From the NCBI GenBank assembly GCA_951406725.2, contig OX597828.1, positions 16,058,001-16,122,000 of the forward strand: a stretch of DNA of 64,000 nt, read 5' to 3'. This document shows, one piece after another, positions 13,976-28,033 of this stretch; within the stretch, counting starts at the first letter, position 1, and the number at the start of each line of letters is the position of its first letter. The position numbers and the translations under genes were made by a program. The notes under the pieces were generated by a model. That model did no database searches and was not told where the DNA came from. It worked only from the letters and a program-made list of their open reading frames with translations. The DNA is from Octopus vulgaris. Taxonomy: Eukaryota.

Positions 13976-14949
13976 CACACGCACACACACACAAACACAC
14001 ACACACACACAAAAACACACGCACACACACACAAACACACGCACACACACACAAACACACACACACACACAAGCACACGCACACACACACACAAACAAAC
14101 ACACACAAACACACGCACACACACACACAAACAAACACACACACACAAACACACGCACACACACAGGCACACACGCGCGCACATACATACGCACGCGCAC
14201 ACATACACAGAAACACAGACACGGACACATACACACATACACACACACACACACAAACAAACAGCAGCACATATGCACGTACGTAATTGTTTCTCTTCAA
14301 CTTGTTTCAATCACTGGGTTGCGGCCATGCTGGACAACCGTCTTGAAATGATTTAGTCGAAGAAATCGACTCTAGTACTTATAAATCTGGTCCTTAGTCC
14401 ATCGGTGTCCTTTGCTGGACCGCTACTTCCCGACAACGTAAATAAACCGATACGAGATGTCAAACAATGGCCACACACTGACACACACGCGCGCGCGCGT
14501 ACATTCATAGATGCATGATGGATGTTCACTGGCCAAGAAAGCAAGACCATGCTTGACCATTACGAACACTGAGCACTCTGACTTATACTTTACACTTGTG
14601 ACTCAGCTGATGGCTAATGAGCTCAGCTCTGGATAAACCTGCAGACCGATGTTCCCTTATTTCTCTACACTGGCGATGTGCTTACGAGCAGCTCGTATTC
14701 ATAGCATACATACATACATGCATACATACATACATATATACATACATACATGAATACATACATACAAAAATACATGCATACATGCAAAGAAATAATCAGT
14801 AAGTGGAACAATAAAAATATGCAAGGCATTTTTCAAGTTTACAGTCCAACGGTGCGGTTTTGTAGTTTCGTTAGAAACCAGCTCCTTCTCAGTTGGAAGA
14901 GTTCAAATAATTGAAAACGGAAGAGAACACACACACAAACACACACACA

Positions 14950-14996
<47 letters not shown>

Positions 14997-15228
14997 CTGC
15001 GTGCATACACATACATATACACAAACATTCCTAGTCACACTATCGTTACACGCGTATAAATAAACGTACACTGAAACACACACACACTTGTAAACACACA
15101 AGAAGCATGCACTCAAATATATAAAGGCGATGTGGGTAGACGCTAAATCACAAACTAAGAGAACTGACCAGAAGAGGAACGATGTCCTGTTTCGCATCCA
15201 TCATTTCCCTCAGTCTATATATGTGTTA

Positions 15229-15451
15229 GGGCGGCGAGCCGGCAGAAACGTTAGCGCGCCGGGCGAAATGTTTAGCGGTATTTCGTCTGTCGTTACGTTC
15301 TGAGTTCAAATTCCGCCGAGGTCGACTTTGCCTTTCATCCTTTCGGGGTTGATAAATAAAGTACCAGTTTCGCAGTGGGGTCGATGTAATCGACTTAATC
15401 CCTTTGTCTGTTCTTGTTTGTCCTCTCTATGTGTAGCTCCTAGTAAAGAAA
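15229..15451 (+). mobile_element. SINE family B (~225 bp, Meta-domain-like core)
   Basis: GGCGGCGAGCCGGCAGAA...GAGTTCAAATTCC...GCCTTTCATCCTTTCGGGGTTGATAAATAAAGTACCAG; at least six copies in the window. Confidence 0.88.
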
Positions 15452-15744
15452 TATATATATGTGTGTGTATCTGTGTGTGTGTGTGTGTGTGTGCGTGTTT
15501 GTGCATATGTGTTTTGTGAATAGTTATACAAGTGTTTCAGTACATTAGTATTTTCTCAAGGGTACCTTTGAGCAAATACTCAGTTACTGATTCACTTTTG
15601 AATAAAGGAGTGATCGATCAGGGTTGATCAGTGGCTTAACGACTACTGAAACATATATTCGCACGCACACACACACACACACACACAGAGTCACGCACAC
15701 ACACACACACACACATACGCACACACGCACATGTATTACTGTAT

Positions 15745-15945
15745 CGCTCAGAATTTCGGACGTCTTTATACACCGCTGGTTACAATGCACTTCCTCGCAT
15801 TGTTGTAGATGTCGAATGATGGAAGGTTGGTCAACATTATCCCAGCTTCTGAAATGAACGTCAGTTTGTTGGAAGGTCACCCATTCGCAGCTAGGTGGAC
15901 TGGAGCAACGTGAAGCGAAGTGTTTATCGCAACAACACAATACAG
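15745..15945 (-). mobile_element. Modular SINE, core B plus tail W (diverged)
   Basis: Core match GTGGACTGGAGCAACGTGAA; tail CGCTGGTTACAATGC...CGCATTGTT is shared with 43960-44065. Confidence 0.6.
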
Positions 15946-16010
15946 CGTATATATGTATATATATATATTATACATATGTGTGTATATGTAGTATATATGT
16001 ATGTATATAC

Positions 16011-16190
16011 GTCATTTTTCAGTTTGAATTCAAGATTTCTTGCCAGTAGAGAAAGAACCGGTTTCTAACCCAGATCAAAGGCTCCTTCATTGGAATTTCA
16101 ACATCAACAACATAGTATTTTTGTATGTATGTATGCATGTATATGTGCAGATTTGTATCTTTTGGTTTTGTGTATATATTCGCATGCACA
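16011..16190 (-). mobile_element. 3' UTR of R4/Dong-like element
   Basis: CAAGATTTCTTGCCAGTAGAGAAAGAACCGGTTTCTAACC, homologous to the copies at 9718, 28741 and 50572. Confidence 0.8.
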
Positions 16191-16216
16191 CACAATAGAA
16201 TGCTCGTATGTGTGCA

Positions 16217-16252
<36 letters not shown>

Positions 16253-16390
16253 ACCTAAATGTAAATTTCTTTTCTAGTCTGATGAGATCCATTGCACGAA
16301 ACTTCGGGGACACGCCTCGCACTAATGTACCTTAATAGTTAACAAATAAATACACCCCGACAACAAACACAATCAAACACATATACCTTC

Positions 16391-16458
<68 letters not shown>

Positions 16459-16466
16459 ATATATAT

Positions 16467-16615
16467 TGGGAGAATTCACAAAAAAATAAATAAAAAACGA
16501 AGACAGGTGAAGACAACAAACAGATGTATTAGTATAACGCTCGGGAAGTGAAAAAGTATTTAACGTTTCGAACCTACGCCCTTTCACAGAGGGGAACACA
16601 GAAAGAAACAAGGAT
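16467..16615 (-). mobile_element. Short Penelope-like 3' end with degenerate hammerhead, inserted in (TA)n
   Basis: Homologous to 46611-46808; minus strand CTGTGAA-AGGGCGTAGGTTC-GAAAC-GTT. Confidence 0.65.
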
Positions 16616-17407
16616 ATATATATATTTATGTGTGTATGCATGTGAGTGTGTGTATGTATGTGTGTGTGTACATATATATACACACTTACACATACACATA
16701 CACACATACACACTCTCACACATGCACATAAACACGCATACAACATATACATATTCATATTCACGTGTATATTTTATGCACACTTAAAAGGGCAAGATTC
16801 ACGCCAAGAAACATTATAAAGAGAAACAGCGAGAGCACGCACGCACACACACACATACACACACGCACACACACACATACACACACACACATACACACAC
16901 ACACACACACGCACACACACACATACACACACACACACATGCAAGTGCACAAGCACATACACACACATTGCACTAACACAAACACTCAACACCCGACCAT
17001 ACGCATATGTACCCCCTCCCCCTCCCGCCCATATGCACACGCATGCGCACACAGATACAAACATCTTCAAGGATGGCAACAGAAGCTGTGAGAAAAAGTC
17101 AGCAACAACACCTGTACTTTAGAACCTAACAATTTAATAATAGAAGCAGGTAGATAGAATTAATTTAGCTGATTCCGTGGAATGGTTAGAGATTTAATTG
17201 TACGTGGTATGGAATGGACAGTTTAGAGAAAATGCAACACAAATAAACAGCAAACCGCAACGAAAAATCTGAATAAAATAATATACAAACACTTTGTCAT
17301 TTTAATTAAGACATTCAGTTAATATGAAATCTATTTTTAATTAGTGAAACAATAGCGAGTTGATATCGTGAAAGACAATATAAATGTAGAGATTTCCTAT
17401 GCGAAAT

Positions 17408-18120
17408 ATGCATGTATGTATGTGTGTATGTATATGTATGTATGTAAGTATGTATGTATGTATGTGTGTATGTATGTATTTATGTAGGTATGTATGTATG
17501 TATGTATTTATGTAGGTATGTATGTATGTATGTATGCATGTATATGTATGTATGTATGTATGTATGTATGCATCTATATGTATGTATTTATGTATGTATG
17601 TATGTATGTATGTATGTATGTATGTATGTATGTATGTTATGTATGTATGTATGTATGTATGTTATGTATGTATGTATGTCTGTCTGTATGTATGTATGTA
17701 TGTATGTATTTATATATGTATGTATGTGTGTATGTATTTATGTATGTATGCAAGCATGTATGTATGTGTGTATGTATGTAAGTATGTATGTATGTATGTA
17801 TGCGTGTATGTATGTATGTATGTATGTATGTATTTATGTAGGTATGTATGTATGCATGCATGTATATGTATGTATGTATGTATGTATGCATCTATATGTA
17901 TGTATTTATGTATGTATGTATGTAGGTATGTATGTATGTATGTTATGTATGTATGTATGTATGTATGTTATGTATGTATGTATGTCTGTCTGTATGTATG
18001 TATGTATTTATATATGTATGTATGTGTGTATGTATTTATGTATGTATGCAAGTATGTATGTATGTGTGTATGTATGTAAGTATGTATGTATGTATGTATG
18101 CGTGTATGTATGTATGTATG

Positions 18121-18151
<31 letters not shown>

Positions 18152-18279
18152 GTATGTATGTATGTATGTATGTATGTATGTGTGTATGTATGTATGTATG
18201 TATGTATGTGTGTATGTATGTATGTATGTATGTTATGCATGTTATGTATGTATGTATGTTATGTATGTATGTATGTATG

Positions 18280-18324
<45 letters not shown>

Positions 18325-18359
18325 GTGTATGTATGTAAATATGTATGTATGTGTGTATG

Positions 18360-18393
<34 letters not shown>

Positions 18394-18515
18394 TGTATGT
18401 ATGTATGTATGTATGTATGTGTGTATGTATGTAAATATGTATGTATGTATGTGTGTACGTATATATGTATGTATGCATGTGTATGTATGTATGTATGTAT
18501 GTATGTATGTATATA
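17408..18515. repeat. ~1.1-kb (TATG)n array with ~300-bp higher-order duplication
   Basis: Variant landmarks (CATCTATA, TGTCTGTC, TGCAAG, TGCGTG) recur in the same order about 300-320 bp apart. Confidence 0.85.
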
Positions 18516-18787
18516 GGGTGTAGGTGGGTAGGTAGGACAAGTAGGTTGGTGGGTAGTTGTGTATGTAGTTGCGTATGTAGACATATTTACGTAGGTGTCT
18601 ATGCATTCGCGTATGTCTGTAAGTATGCATGCACGCACGTGTATTCATACATAAATGCATACATACATACATACATAATACATGCATACACACACACACA
18701 CACACATACATACTACATACATATGTTTGTAGAAAATGTACATATATATATATATACATATATACATACATGCATATACACACACAC

Positions 18788-18853
<66 letters not shown>

Positions 18854-18989
18854 GTATGTATATATATATATATGAATGCATGCTAGAATATATGTATTCA
18901 TGTGCACATACAGGATGTATGTAAGGAGGTAGATAAGAAGGTGCATATGCAGGCATATATGCATCTATTTATATATATAATTATATATA

Positions 18990-19024
<35 letters not shown>

Positions 19025-19100
19025 GTATCATACATACAATTGCGTGTGATCGCACGTGCATTAATGAATACCTTCAAATATATATATAAATGAGTGTGTA

Positions 19101-19144
<44 letters not shown>

Positions 19145-19357
19145 TAAATGTATGTTTATATATATATATACATAAATCCAATGATCACTCCATAGCTACT
19201 CGGAGTTTCACGCGTGACGAGCATTCAGGCATTGCTTTATTGAGCCACATGTGAAACTCGGAGTATTTCTGGTTTGAATCTGTCGGCACCCCGTCCCCCA
19301 CGGACACACAGACACACACAGACACACAGAAACGCACGTACACACATACAGATATAT

Positions 19358-19415
<58 letters not shown>

Positions 19416-20908
19416 ATATATCTGTATATATATATATATATGTATGTATGTAATTAAACAGGCATATTTATATATATATATGTATACATACATACATATA
19501 TATATTCATATACAAATGTGCAAATATTTTCGTACACGCAATACCAACATGCTTGTCTGTGTGTGTAACCATTGATTAAAATATAATTATATGTATATAA
19601 CTTATTAATTAGCAAGCATTTTACAACTTCATCGGATGAAAACGATTTAAACATACATAAAACGAAGCGTATCAACATACATATATATTGTATACACAGG
19701 AAAGGAAACAATACATAGATATAATTAATTTGATGGGCTGTTTGCAGCATTAATGCGAATCCCTATATGGGCTCAGGGTATATATATATGTAAGTATGTA
19801 TTTGTACGTGTGCGTGTATATGTGCGTATATGAGTTATGGTATATGTATATGCGTATATTGGTGTGATTGGCTGTGTGTAAGCAGTCATGTAAAATGCAT
19901 GTATTCCCATGTGTACATGTATACATGTTATTTTCTTGTGTGACATATGTATATTATATAACGATATGTATATTAGCCATTTCCTATTTCTCTCCATACA
20001 TGTGCGCGCGTACACTCATATGCGTATACAACCACATATAGATATGAACGTATCTGCGTGTACATATATGATCTAGAAAGGTATTTATCTATGAGTATAT
20101 ATACACACACACACACATTACTTATATTCCTATCAATACATTTACACACGCACACACACACATACACACACACACACATATATATACATACACATATACA
20201 TACATAAAGATATATCAATAATTATCCTTACAGTCAATATAGTGCACACACATACACATGTATATCTATGTAATACACACATATATACACTCACGCACAC
20301 ATACGCACATATCTACACTCACACACACTCGCACATATATATGTATGCGATATACACATATATGTACTCACACACACATACACATATACATATGTATATA
20401 TATGTAAGTTACACATATATACACTCACACACACACGCACATATACATATATATATGTATGAGATATACACATATATGTACTCACACACACACACACATA
20501 TATTTACACACACCTTCTCATAAACACACACACACATAAGCACACGCCCTTCCATATACGTCATCCCACCACGCCCTACCCTCCATGCCCCTCATGTCCT
20601 CATATTCCCACGTCCCCATCACACACACACACACACACACACACGTACACACACACATACACACACACACACACACATTCTTAGAACCTTTACAATGGCA
20701 AAGAAATATTACATTATAAAAATGTCCTTTTTGTAATTCTGATAGAAATTGTCATTATTACGACATTGAATAATAATTTTATTCAATTTCTATTTATTTA
20801 TTCCCAACTCAACAGCCACCATTCCCACGAACATGCCCCACCTTCGCCTCCGCTTATTTATCTACCCGGCCTTTCTCATCCGCCATCTTTTCTATAATCC
20901 TCTTTCCC

Positions 20909-20983
<75 letters not shown>

Positions 20984-21594
20984 CTTGCTGTCACTTCTTC
21001 ATCATCGCCCGTCCTTCCGTCATCACATCCTTAACAAACACCCAACACTATCTCACACCTCTCCTCCTTAACACAACCCTTTTTCTCTCCTCATCCCCGC
21101 CTATTTAACCTCCTCATCCGCCCTTCCTAGCATCTCCTCGACAACTCTCCTCCCCCTCTTCTCTACTCTCTTGCTCGGACTCCTTAAACACTTCCCCTTC
21201 ACCATCATATCCCATCCCTGTAGCCACTTCCTCGATAATCCCCCCCACCATCTCCTCCCGCATCGCTTCCTTAGTGCAGCAAACCTTTACTGCTAACGAC
21301 AATCGCCCGAACAAAATCATCTGCTAGAAATAATAACCAAATCCCTATCAAAACACGCTTTACTATCCTTAAAAGAAGGTCAGACACATTGGATAATGTA
21401 GCTTAGATATCCAGGAGACGGGATTGTTGCAATAAGAATGCCCTTGATCATAAGTCTACTCGCTTAGTGTACTTACCATGGTGCATAAGACCAGAAACAC
21501 CACATGTGATACTTTTGAAATTGGTATACATGTGGTTTCGCCATTATACATGCATTACGCTGTTCCTTTCACGCATGTTGTATATGTGCCCATC

Positions 21595-21984
21595 GTGGAG
21601 GCGCAATGGCCCAGTGGTTAGGGCAGCGGACTCGCGGTCATAGGATCGCGGTTTCGATTACCAGACCGGGCGTTGTGAGTGTTTATTGAGCGAAAACACC
21701 TAAAGTTCCACGAGGCTCCGGCAGGGGATGGTGGTGATCCCTGCTGTACTCTTTCACCACAACTTTCTCTCACTCTTACTTCCTGTTTCTGTTGTACCTG
21801 TATTTCAAAGGGCCGGCCTTGTCACTCTCTGTGTCACGCTGAATATCCCCGAGAACTACGTTAAGGGGTACACGTGTCTGTGGAGTGCTCAGCCACTTAC
21901 ACGTTAATTTCACGAGCAGGCTGTTCCGTTGATTCGGATCAACCGGAACCCTCGTCGTCGTAACCGACGGAGTACTTCCATCCC
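21595..21984 (+). mobile_element. tRNA-derived modular SINE, head A plus tail X, with TSD
   Basis: GGCGCAATGGCCCAGTGGTTAGGGCAGCGGACTCGCGG...GGTTTCGATT head; TSD ATATGTGCCCATC / ATATGAGCCCATC. Confidence 0.9.
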
Positions 21985-22492
21985 ATATGAGCCCATCATA
22001 CGTGTACGCTGTGCCTACAACATATATCTTCCTACACATGTGGTACTACACGCATACACACAGACACACGCGGGTACAACACATGATATAATTTATACTA
22101 CTCTACATGTGGTGTGATGTACCCATCATACATGTGCCACACACACACACAACGCACACGTAGTACTTGGATGCCTTTACAACCCATGGTACAATTTACT
22201 TAGCCCACATGATACGTTATGCTATCATAAGCACACATGTAGTACATAGTGTAGTAGCTCCACACGTAGTACATTTCAACTACCATGAATATGGCATCAT
22301 GTCCCCGTCATAAATGAAGGACAGTTCACTAGCATACATGTAAAACGTGATGGTAACACTCATACCGTATTGTATACCACATGATATTATATGAAGCAGC
22401 AATGTAGCAGTCCCACATGTAGTAACCTTTAACAACCATAAACATGGTACAATATTCTGGCACCCATGCAAAATGGTTTACTATGTTAAGTG

Positions 22493-22800
22493 TGTAGACG
22501 CATGATTCAATGGTTAGAGAGTCGGGCTCATAATCATGAGGTAGTGAGTTCAATTCCCAGACCGGTCTGTGTGTTGTGTTCTTGAGTAAGACACTTTATT
22601 TCATGCTGCTCCAGTTCACTCAGCTGTAGAAATGAGGTTTGACGTCATTGGTGCCAAGCTGTATCGGCCCCTTTGCCTTTCCCACATCGGTGGCACGGAG
22701 AGCGGAGGCTAGTATGAATGGGAGACTGCTGGTCTTCCATGAATTTGTGCCTCTAGATGTAATCCTATAGTCATTCATGACCGAAGGTGGGGGGGTCTTT
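22493..22800 (+). mobile_element. Modular SINE, head/core B plus tail Z
   Basis: tRNA-like head with GAGTTCAATTCCC, core TTCTTGAGTAAGACACTTTATTTCA; homologous to 62940-63300. Confidence 0.8.
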
Positions 22801-23116
22801 CATTCTTCTACATAGTACCCATCACGCGCTATCAAATTGTATTACATTGGTACGCTAATGTACAACACCTACCTCATGTATACTTGTGGTAGATGAGTAT
22901 ACCAAATACACATGTAGCATATTCTGCACCGAATGAAAATGTCAACTAAGAAACAGCAATAGTTTTTAACCAGCTTTTTCCTATAGACCTCTTTGATTCC
23001 TGTTTTGCTCGGAAGTACCTTCATAAGCATTTAATGTTTTAAAAAATCCTATAATATTTTCATAAGTACATAATATTAGGATTTATATTAAAAAAATTAA
23101 GATATTTTACGTATTT

Positions 23117-23488
23117 ACTCTTTTACTTGTTTCAGTCATTTGATTGTGGCCATGCTGGAGCACCGTCTTTGGAAGCCTGTTTTGCTGAACCGCTAAGTTA
23201 CGAGGACGTAAGCACACCAGCATCGGTTGTCAAGCGATGTTGGAGGAACAAACACAGACACACAAATACACACATATATATGTATATACATATATACGAC
23301 AGGCTTCTTTCAGTTTCCGTCTATCAAATTCACTTACAAGGATTTGGTCGGCTCTAGGCTATAGTAGAAGACACTAGCCCAAGGTGCCACGCAGTGAGAC
23401 TGAACCCGGAACCATGTGGTTGGTAAGTAAGCTACTTACCACACAGCCACTCCTGCGCCTGGCTACTTACCACACAGCCACTCCTGCG
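23117..23488 (-). mobile_element. SINE family A with tandem duplication of its 5' 27 bp
   Basis: GCTACTTACCACACAGCCACTCCTGCG occurs twice (~23431 and ~23462). Confidence 0.9.
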
Positions 23489-23753
23489 TATTGTAGAAGT
23501 TCAACTAATTTATTGCACGTAAACTTTAACAAAATCTGATACGGACCCCGAAGGGCCATGTTGACCCCGGTGGAGAACCAATGCTTCAACTGAATCTATT
23601 ATTCCCTCATCAGTAATTTCCAGATATTGGTTCATTGGTCTATAATTTTGATCACCACCGCTATTATTATATATTTCTATACGCCAAGGAAACCGGGAAA
23701 CCGGCTCTTATGAGCCAGACATGGCTAGAGGAGAAACAAAAAAAATGTGATAA

Positions 23754-24124
23754 AGGCGCAGGAGTGGCTGTGTGGTAAGTAGCTTGCTAACCAACCACAC
23801 GGTTGCGGGTTCAGTCCCACTGCGTGGCATCTTGGGCAAGTGTCTTCTGCTATAGCCCCGGGCCGACCAATGCCTTGTGAGTGGATTTGGTAGACGGAAA
23901 CTGAAAGAAGCCTGTCGTATATATGTATATATATATATGTATGTGTGTGTGATTGTGTGTCTGTGTTTGTCCCCCTAGCATTGCTTGACAACCGATGCTG
24001 GTGTGTTTGCGTCCCCGTCACTTAGCGGTTCGGCAAAAAGAGACCGATAGAATAAGTACTAAAAAGGTGGTGCTCCAGCATGGCCGCAGTCAAATGACTG
24101 AAACAAGTAAAAGAGTAAAAGAGT
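23754..24124 (+). mobile_element. SINE family A (small internal deletion)
   Basis: Full head through AAGTAAAAGAGTAAAAGAG tail. Confidence 0.92.
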
Positions 24125-24699
24125 ATACCTTAATTTCTTCGATGATCATTGTCCGCATCAGGAGATAATGGAAACTTTTTTTCCTTAAGCGTTTCTGCTT
24201 CCAATAGGACTCAATTGCAAATTTATCATCATGTCAGGTGTAAATGCATAGCCAATGCAAAGAAACAGGAAAGTATAGGTCAAAACAAGAACAAAGAAAC
24301 CATAGAAGGTCGCAGCAAGCACCGAACCTTGCTTTACTCCTCCGAGGATCAGAAAAAGCATATTTTTTTATTTCTATCTTTTACTTGTTTCACCCATTGG
24401 AGTGCGGCCATGTTGGGGCACCAACTTCAAGAGTTTTAGTCGAATAGTAGTTAATTTTCTTTCTAAAATTTGGTACTTATTCTATCAGTCTCTTTTGCCG
24501 ATCTTCTATGTTATAGAGACGTAAAGAGGCTGAAACCTGACGTCAAGCGGTGGAGGAAGAGACAAACACAGAAACAAAGACGCTAGCAAACGCACATCTA
24601 CATACAAATATATGATCATCGAGATATTTTTACAGAAAGTTAAAATTATGAATATTAATCACCATACATGTAACATTTCATATATGTATATGTATAATA

Positions 24700-24848
24700 G
24701 ATTGACGCTCAGTGAAAGTTCTAGATGAGAAAATACGATTGACATTTCGAGCATGGCTATTCGTCAGAAGAAGGAAAAAGTCCAGAGGGGAGGGAAAGGC
24801 GGAAAGAACAGATAATCCGAGAAAAGCACGTGAGTCGTTACTGGGCCG

Positions 24849-24850
<2 letters not shown>
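24700..24850 (-). mobile_element. Penelope-like 3' end with minimal hammerhead motif (24737-24770)
   Basis: Minus strand TT-CTGACGA-ATAGCCATGCTC-GAAAT-GTC-AA followed by CTGAGCGT, as in the 33310 and 46611 copies. Confidence 0.6.
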
Positions 24851-24905
<55 letters not shown>

Positions 24906-24909
<4 letters not shown>

Positions 24910-25134
24910 CTTTACTACTCACAAGGAGCTAAACACAGAGGGGACAGACAAGGACCGACAAACGGATTAAATCGATTACATCGACCCCAGTGCGTAACTG
25001 GTACTTAATTTATCGACCCCAAAGGATGAAAGGCAAAGTCGATCTCGGCGGAATTTGAACTCGGAACGTAACGGCAGATGAAATACGGCTACGGATTTTG
25101 CCCGGCGCGCTAACGTTTCTGCCAGCTCACCGCC
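24906..25134 (-). mobile_element. SINE family B
   Basis: Reverse complement of the 15229 family. Confidence 0.88.
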
Positions 25135-25242
25135 TATTTTTTTTTTCCTTTTTCTTATATTGTTTTTTTCTTAACTTTAATGATCCTTCCGCAGGAATAT
25201 ATATATATGATGGAAAATGAATTATGCACATCCTTATATTAT

Positions 25243-25363
25243 TAGTGACAATTGTTTCAGTACTATCCCGTTTTTAACGTCAATAAATAAATTCTACAAA
25301 TAAATTCTACGGGCAAAGTTAATGTTTGGTGTGATTATATTAGATAAGCACTTCATTAGTCTA
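25243..25363 (-). ncRNA. Degenerate type I hammerhead with long stem II
   Basis: Minus strand CTAATGA-AGTGCT...AGTACT-GAAA-CAATT-GTC; palindromic stem III ACAATTGT; G-to-A change in the core. Confidence 0.45.
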
Positions 25364-25491
25364 GCATCAAGACGTGCGCTTTTACAATTTTTCTCAAGAT
25401 ACCATTTCGAGAATACAGGTAGCCTGCAGTTCGGGATTATTTTTGCGTTGGAAATATGCCGATTTTCTACCTTGTCAGGATATAGACACAG

Positions 25492-25524
<33 letters not shown>

Positions 25525-25572
25525 ATTTCTGTCTGCTTTTGGCTGTGTGCGTTGATATATATATATATCTCA

Positions 25573-25977
25573 CTCTCTTTACTCTTTTACTTGTTTCAGT
25601 CATTTGACTGCGGCCATGCTGGAGCACCGCCTTTAGTCGAGCAAATCGACCCCGCGACTTATTCTTTGTAAGCCCAGTACTTATTCTATCGGTCTCTTTT
25701 GCCGAACCGCTAAGTGACGGGGACGTAAACACACCAGCATCGGTTGTGAAGCAATGCTAGGGGGACAAACACAGACACACAAACACACACACACACATAT
25801 ATATACATATATACGACAAGCTTCTTTCAGTTTCCGTCTACCAAATCCACTCACAAGGCATTGGTCGACCCGGGGCTATAGCAGAAGACACTTGCCCAAG
25901 ATGCCATGCAGTGGGACTGAACCCGGAACCATGTAGTTGGTTAGCAAGCTACTTACCGCACAGCCACTCCTGCGCCT
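25573..25977 (-). mobile_element. SINE family A, full length
   Basis: Near-consensus copy flanked by an imperfect ~35-bp duplication (ATATGGCAATTT..TGTCTG.TTTTGGCTGTGT). Confidence 0.93.
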
Positions 25978-26460
25978 ATATATATAATATATATGGCAAT
26001 TTTGTGTCTGATTTTGGCTGTGTTTGTGAATTTGTTACTTTAAATCCTTCGAGACTATGCAACCGATCTTGATAAAAGCTGCACTCAAGATTGTCGGTTC
26101 TAACCGTTGCAATCGATATTTGATTCTCACGATCAGTGGAACTATACCCATGAAACACAGTTATCAAATTAAGTATCTTTTTTTGTTTACTTTTCAAACT
26201 TTTATGTTCGTCTCTTTTTGATATCGCTCTTTTACAATTCCCTTCTTAATGTATCCACTGATTATGTATTTGCAGCTTTCTACTCATCTGACCAACCTAT
26301 TGTTACTTTCCGATTCCACACGTGTTTATTTGCATTACCGTTTCGTGAATGAAATTGCTTATCTGTACTATGTTTCGATTTCATTTTCGTGAGAGAAATT
26401 AGGTATTGTAATGCGCACTGCAATCACTTATGCACGTAGAATCTCAAAAAAAAAAAAACA

Positions 26461-26745
26461 TATACGACGGGCTTCTTTCAGTTTCCGCCTACCAAATCCA
26501 TTCACAAGTCTTTGGTCAGCCCGAGGCAATAGTAGAAAATACTTGCCCAGCGTTTGTCCCTCCAACATTACTTGACAACCGATGCTGGTGTGTTTACGTG
26601 CCCGTACTTAGTGGTTCGGCAAAAGAGACCGATGGAATAAGTACTAGACTAACAAAGAATAAGCTCTGGGGTAGATTTGCTCGACTAAAGTCGGTGCTCC
26701 AGCATGGCCGCAGTCAAATAACTGAAACAAGTAAAGAAAGAAAGA
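26461..26745 (+). mobile_element. SINE family A with inverted 5' part
   Basis: 26461-26550 is the 5' half on the minus strand, joined to the 3' half on the plus strand (26552-26745). Confidence 0.8.
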
Positions 26746-26989
26746 ATATATATATATAAATAACAAAACTTACTTGGAGGAGATGAATCGAAACGAAACG
26801 AATCGAATTGACGCGAGGGCACTCAGTCATACAATAGTGTAATAAATAAAATACATGCATACATACATACGTATATGTACGTACCTACATCTACATGTAT
26901 ATATACATGCATATATAAATATATATACGTGAGTACAGGACACCACAAATAGACGTAGAACTCAACGAGAAACGAAAACGTAAAAACAA

Positions 26990-27044
<55 letters not shown>

Positions 27045-27046
<2 letters not shown>

Positions 27047-27206
27047 GGACTTCTTTCTGTTTCCGTTTACCAAATCCACTCACAAGGCTTTGGTCGGCTC
27101 GAGGCTATAGTAGAAGACACTTGCCCAAGGTGCCACGCAGTAGAACAGGACCTGGATCCATATGGTTGGGAAGCAAGCTTCTTACCACACCACCACTCTT
27201 GCGCCT
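27045..27206 (-). mobile_element. SINE family A 5' half
   Basis: Family A head on the minus strand. Confidence 0.85.
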
Positions 27207-27542
27207 ATATGTATATTCCACCATATATATATATGACATATGATTTCATTAAATTATTTGCTAATTAGATATTGGACTATAACTGAGTTAGCGATATTCG
27301 TGAGTTTATTATGTTTTTTTAAAGCCATATTATATCTTAATAGATAAATACATATTTCTATCTACTTTTTTAACCTTAAAATTAAATATTTAACAATATG
27401 TGGGTTGTATGACATAATCCTAATGTTTTAAGTTTCTAATTTAGATAATAATGTTTTTGTTTATAAGAAAAAAATACTATTTTATTTATTTCTTTAAAAA
27501 TATTGTTTGACTCTATTTGCATATTTATTTAACTATTATCAT

Positions 27543-27642
27543 TAACCTGAAGATTGACTATAATTTTAATTCGAATTTTCATTTGAATTTAAATTTAATT
27601 GTAATTCGAATTTAATTATAGCCAAGAAACGTACGTAGCGTT
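27543..27642 (+). ncRNA. Type I hammerhead motif with long AT-rich stem II (Penelope-type)
   Basis: CTGAAGA (27547) TTGACTATAATT...AATTATAGCCAA GAAA CGTAC GTA; palindromic stem III ACGTACGT; stem I weak. Confidence 0.65.
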
Positions 27643-27994
27643 TTTACTTATTATATTATATTAATTTTTCTATACTTTTTGGTTAATAAAAAAATTTTTA
27701 ATTTAAAAATGTAAAAATTAAAAAATTTAAATTTTAAATTTTATATTTTATATGTATATTATATATTATATTAATTATATTTATATTTTTTGTTATTTAT
27801 GTATTGGTTTATGTCTATCACTGCTTGAGTTGCCTAATAGTGGTTTTATCTCTAATTTAATTTATATATATATATATGTGATAATAATAGTAAGGAATAT
27901 AATTCCAAACTTACAGGGAAAAATTCAATTTAGCAATTCTAAATCAAATTAACCGTAAAATTTGTGACCAAGAATTTTGGCTGAAAATTAAATC

Positions 27995-28033
<39 letters not shown>

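Noticed and set aside
21595-21675. tRNA-like sequences (also 39375-39449, 22495-22565, 63225-63300)
   Set aside because: They are SINE heads continuing into shared bodies with TSDs; no complete cloverleaf or terminator.
27240-27840. Very AT-rich block resembling a mitochondrial insertion
   Set aside because: No recognisable mitochondrial gene; it contains a Penelope-type hammerhead, so a retroelement terminus is more likely.
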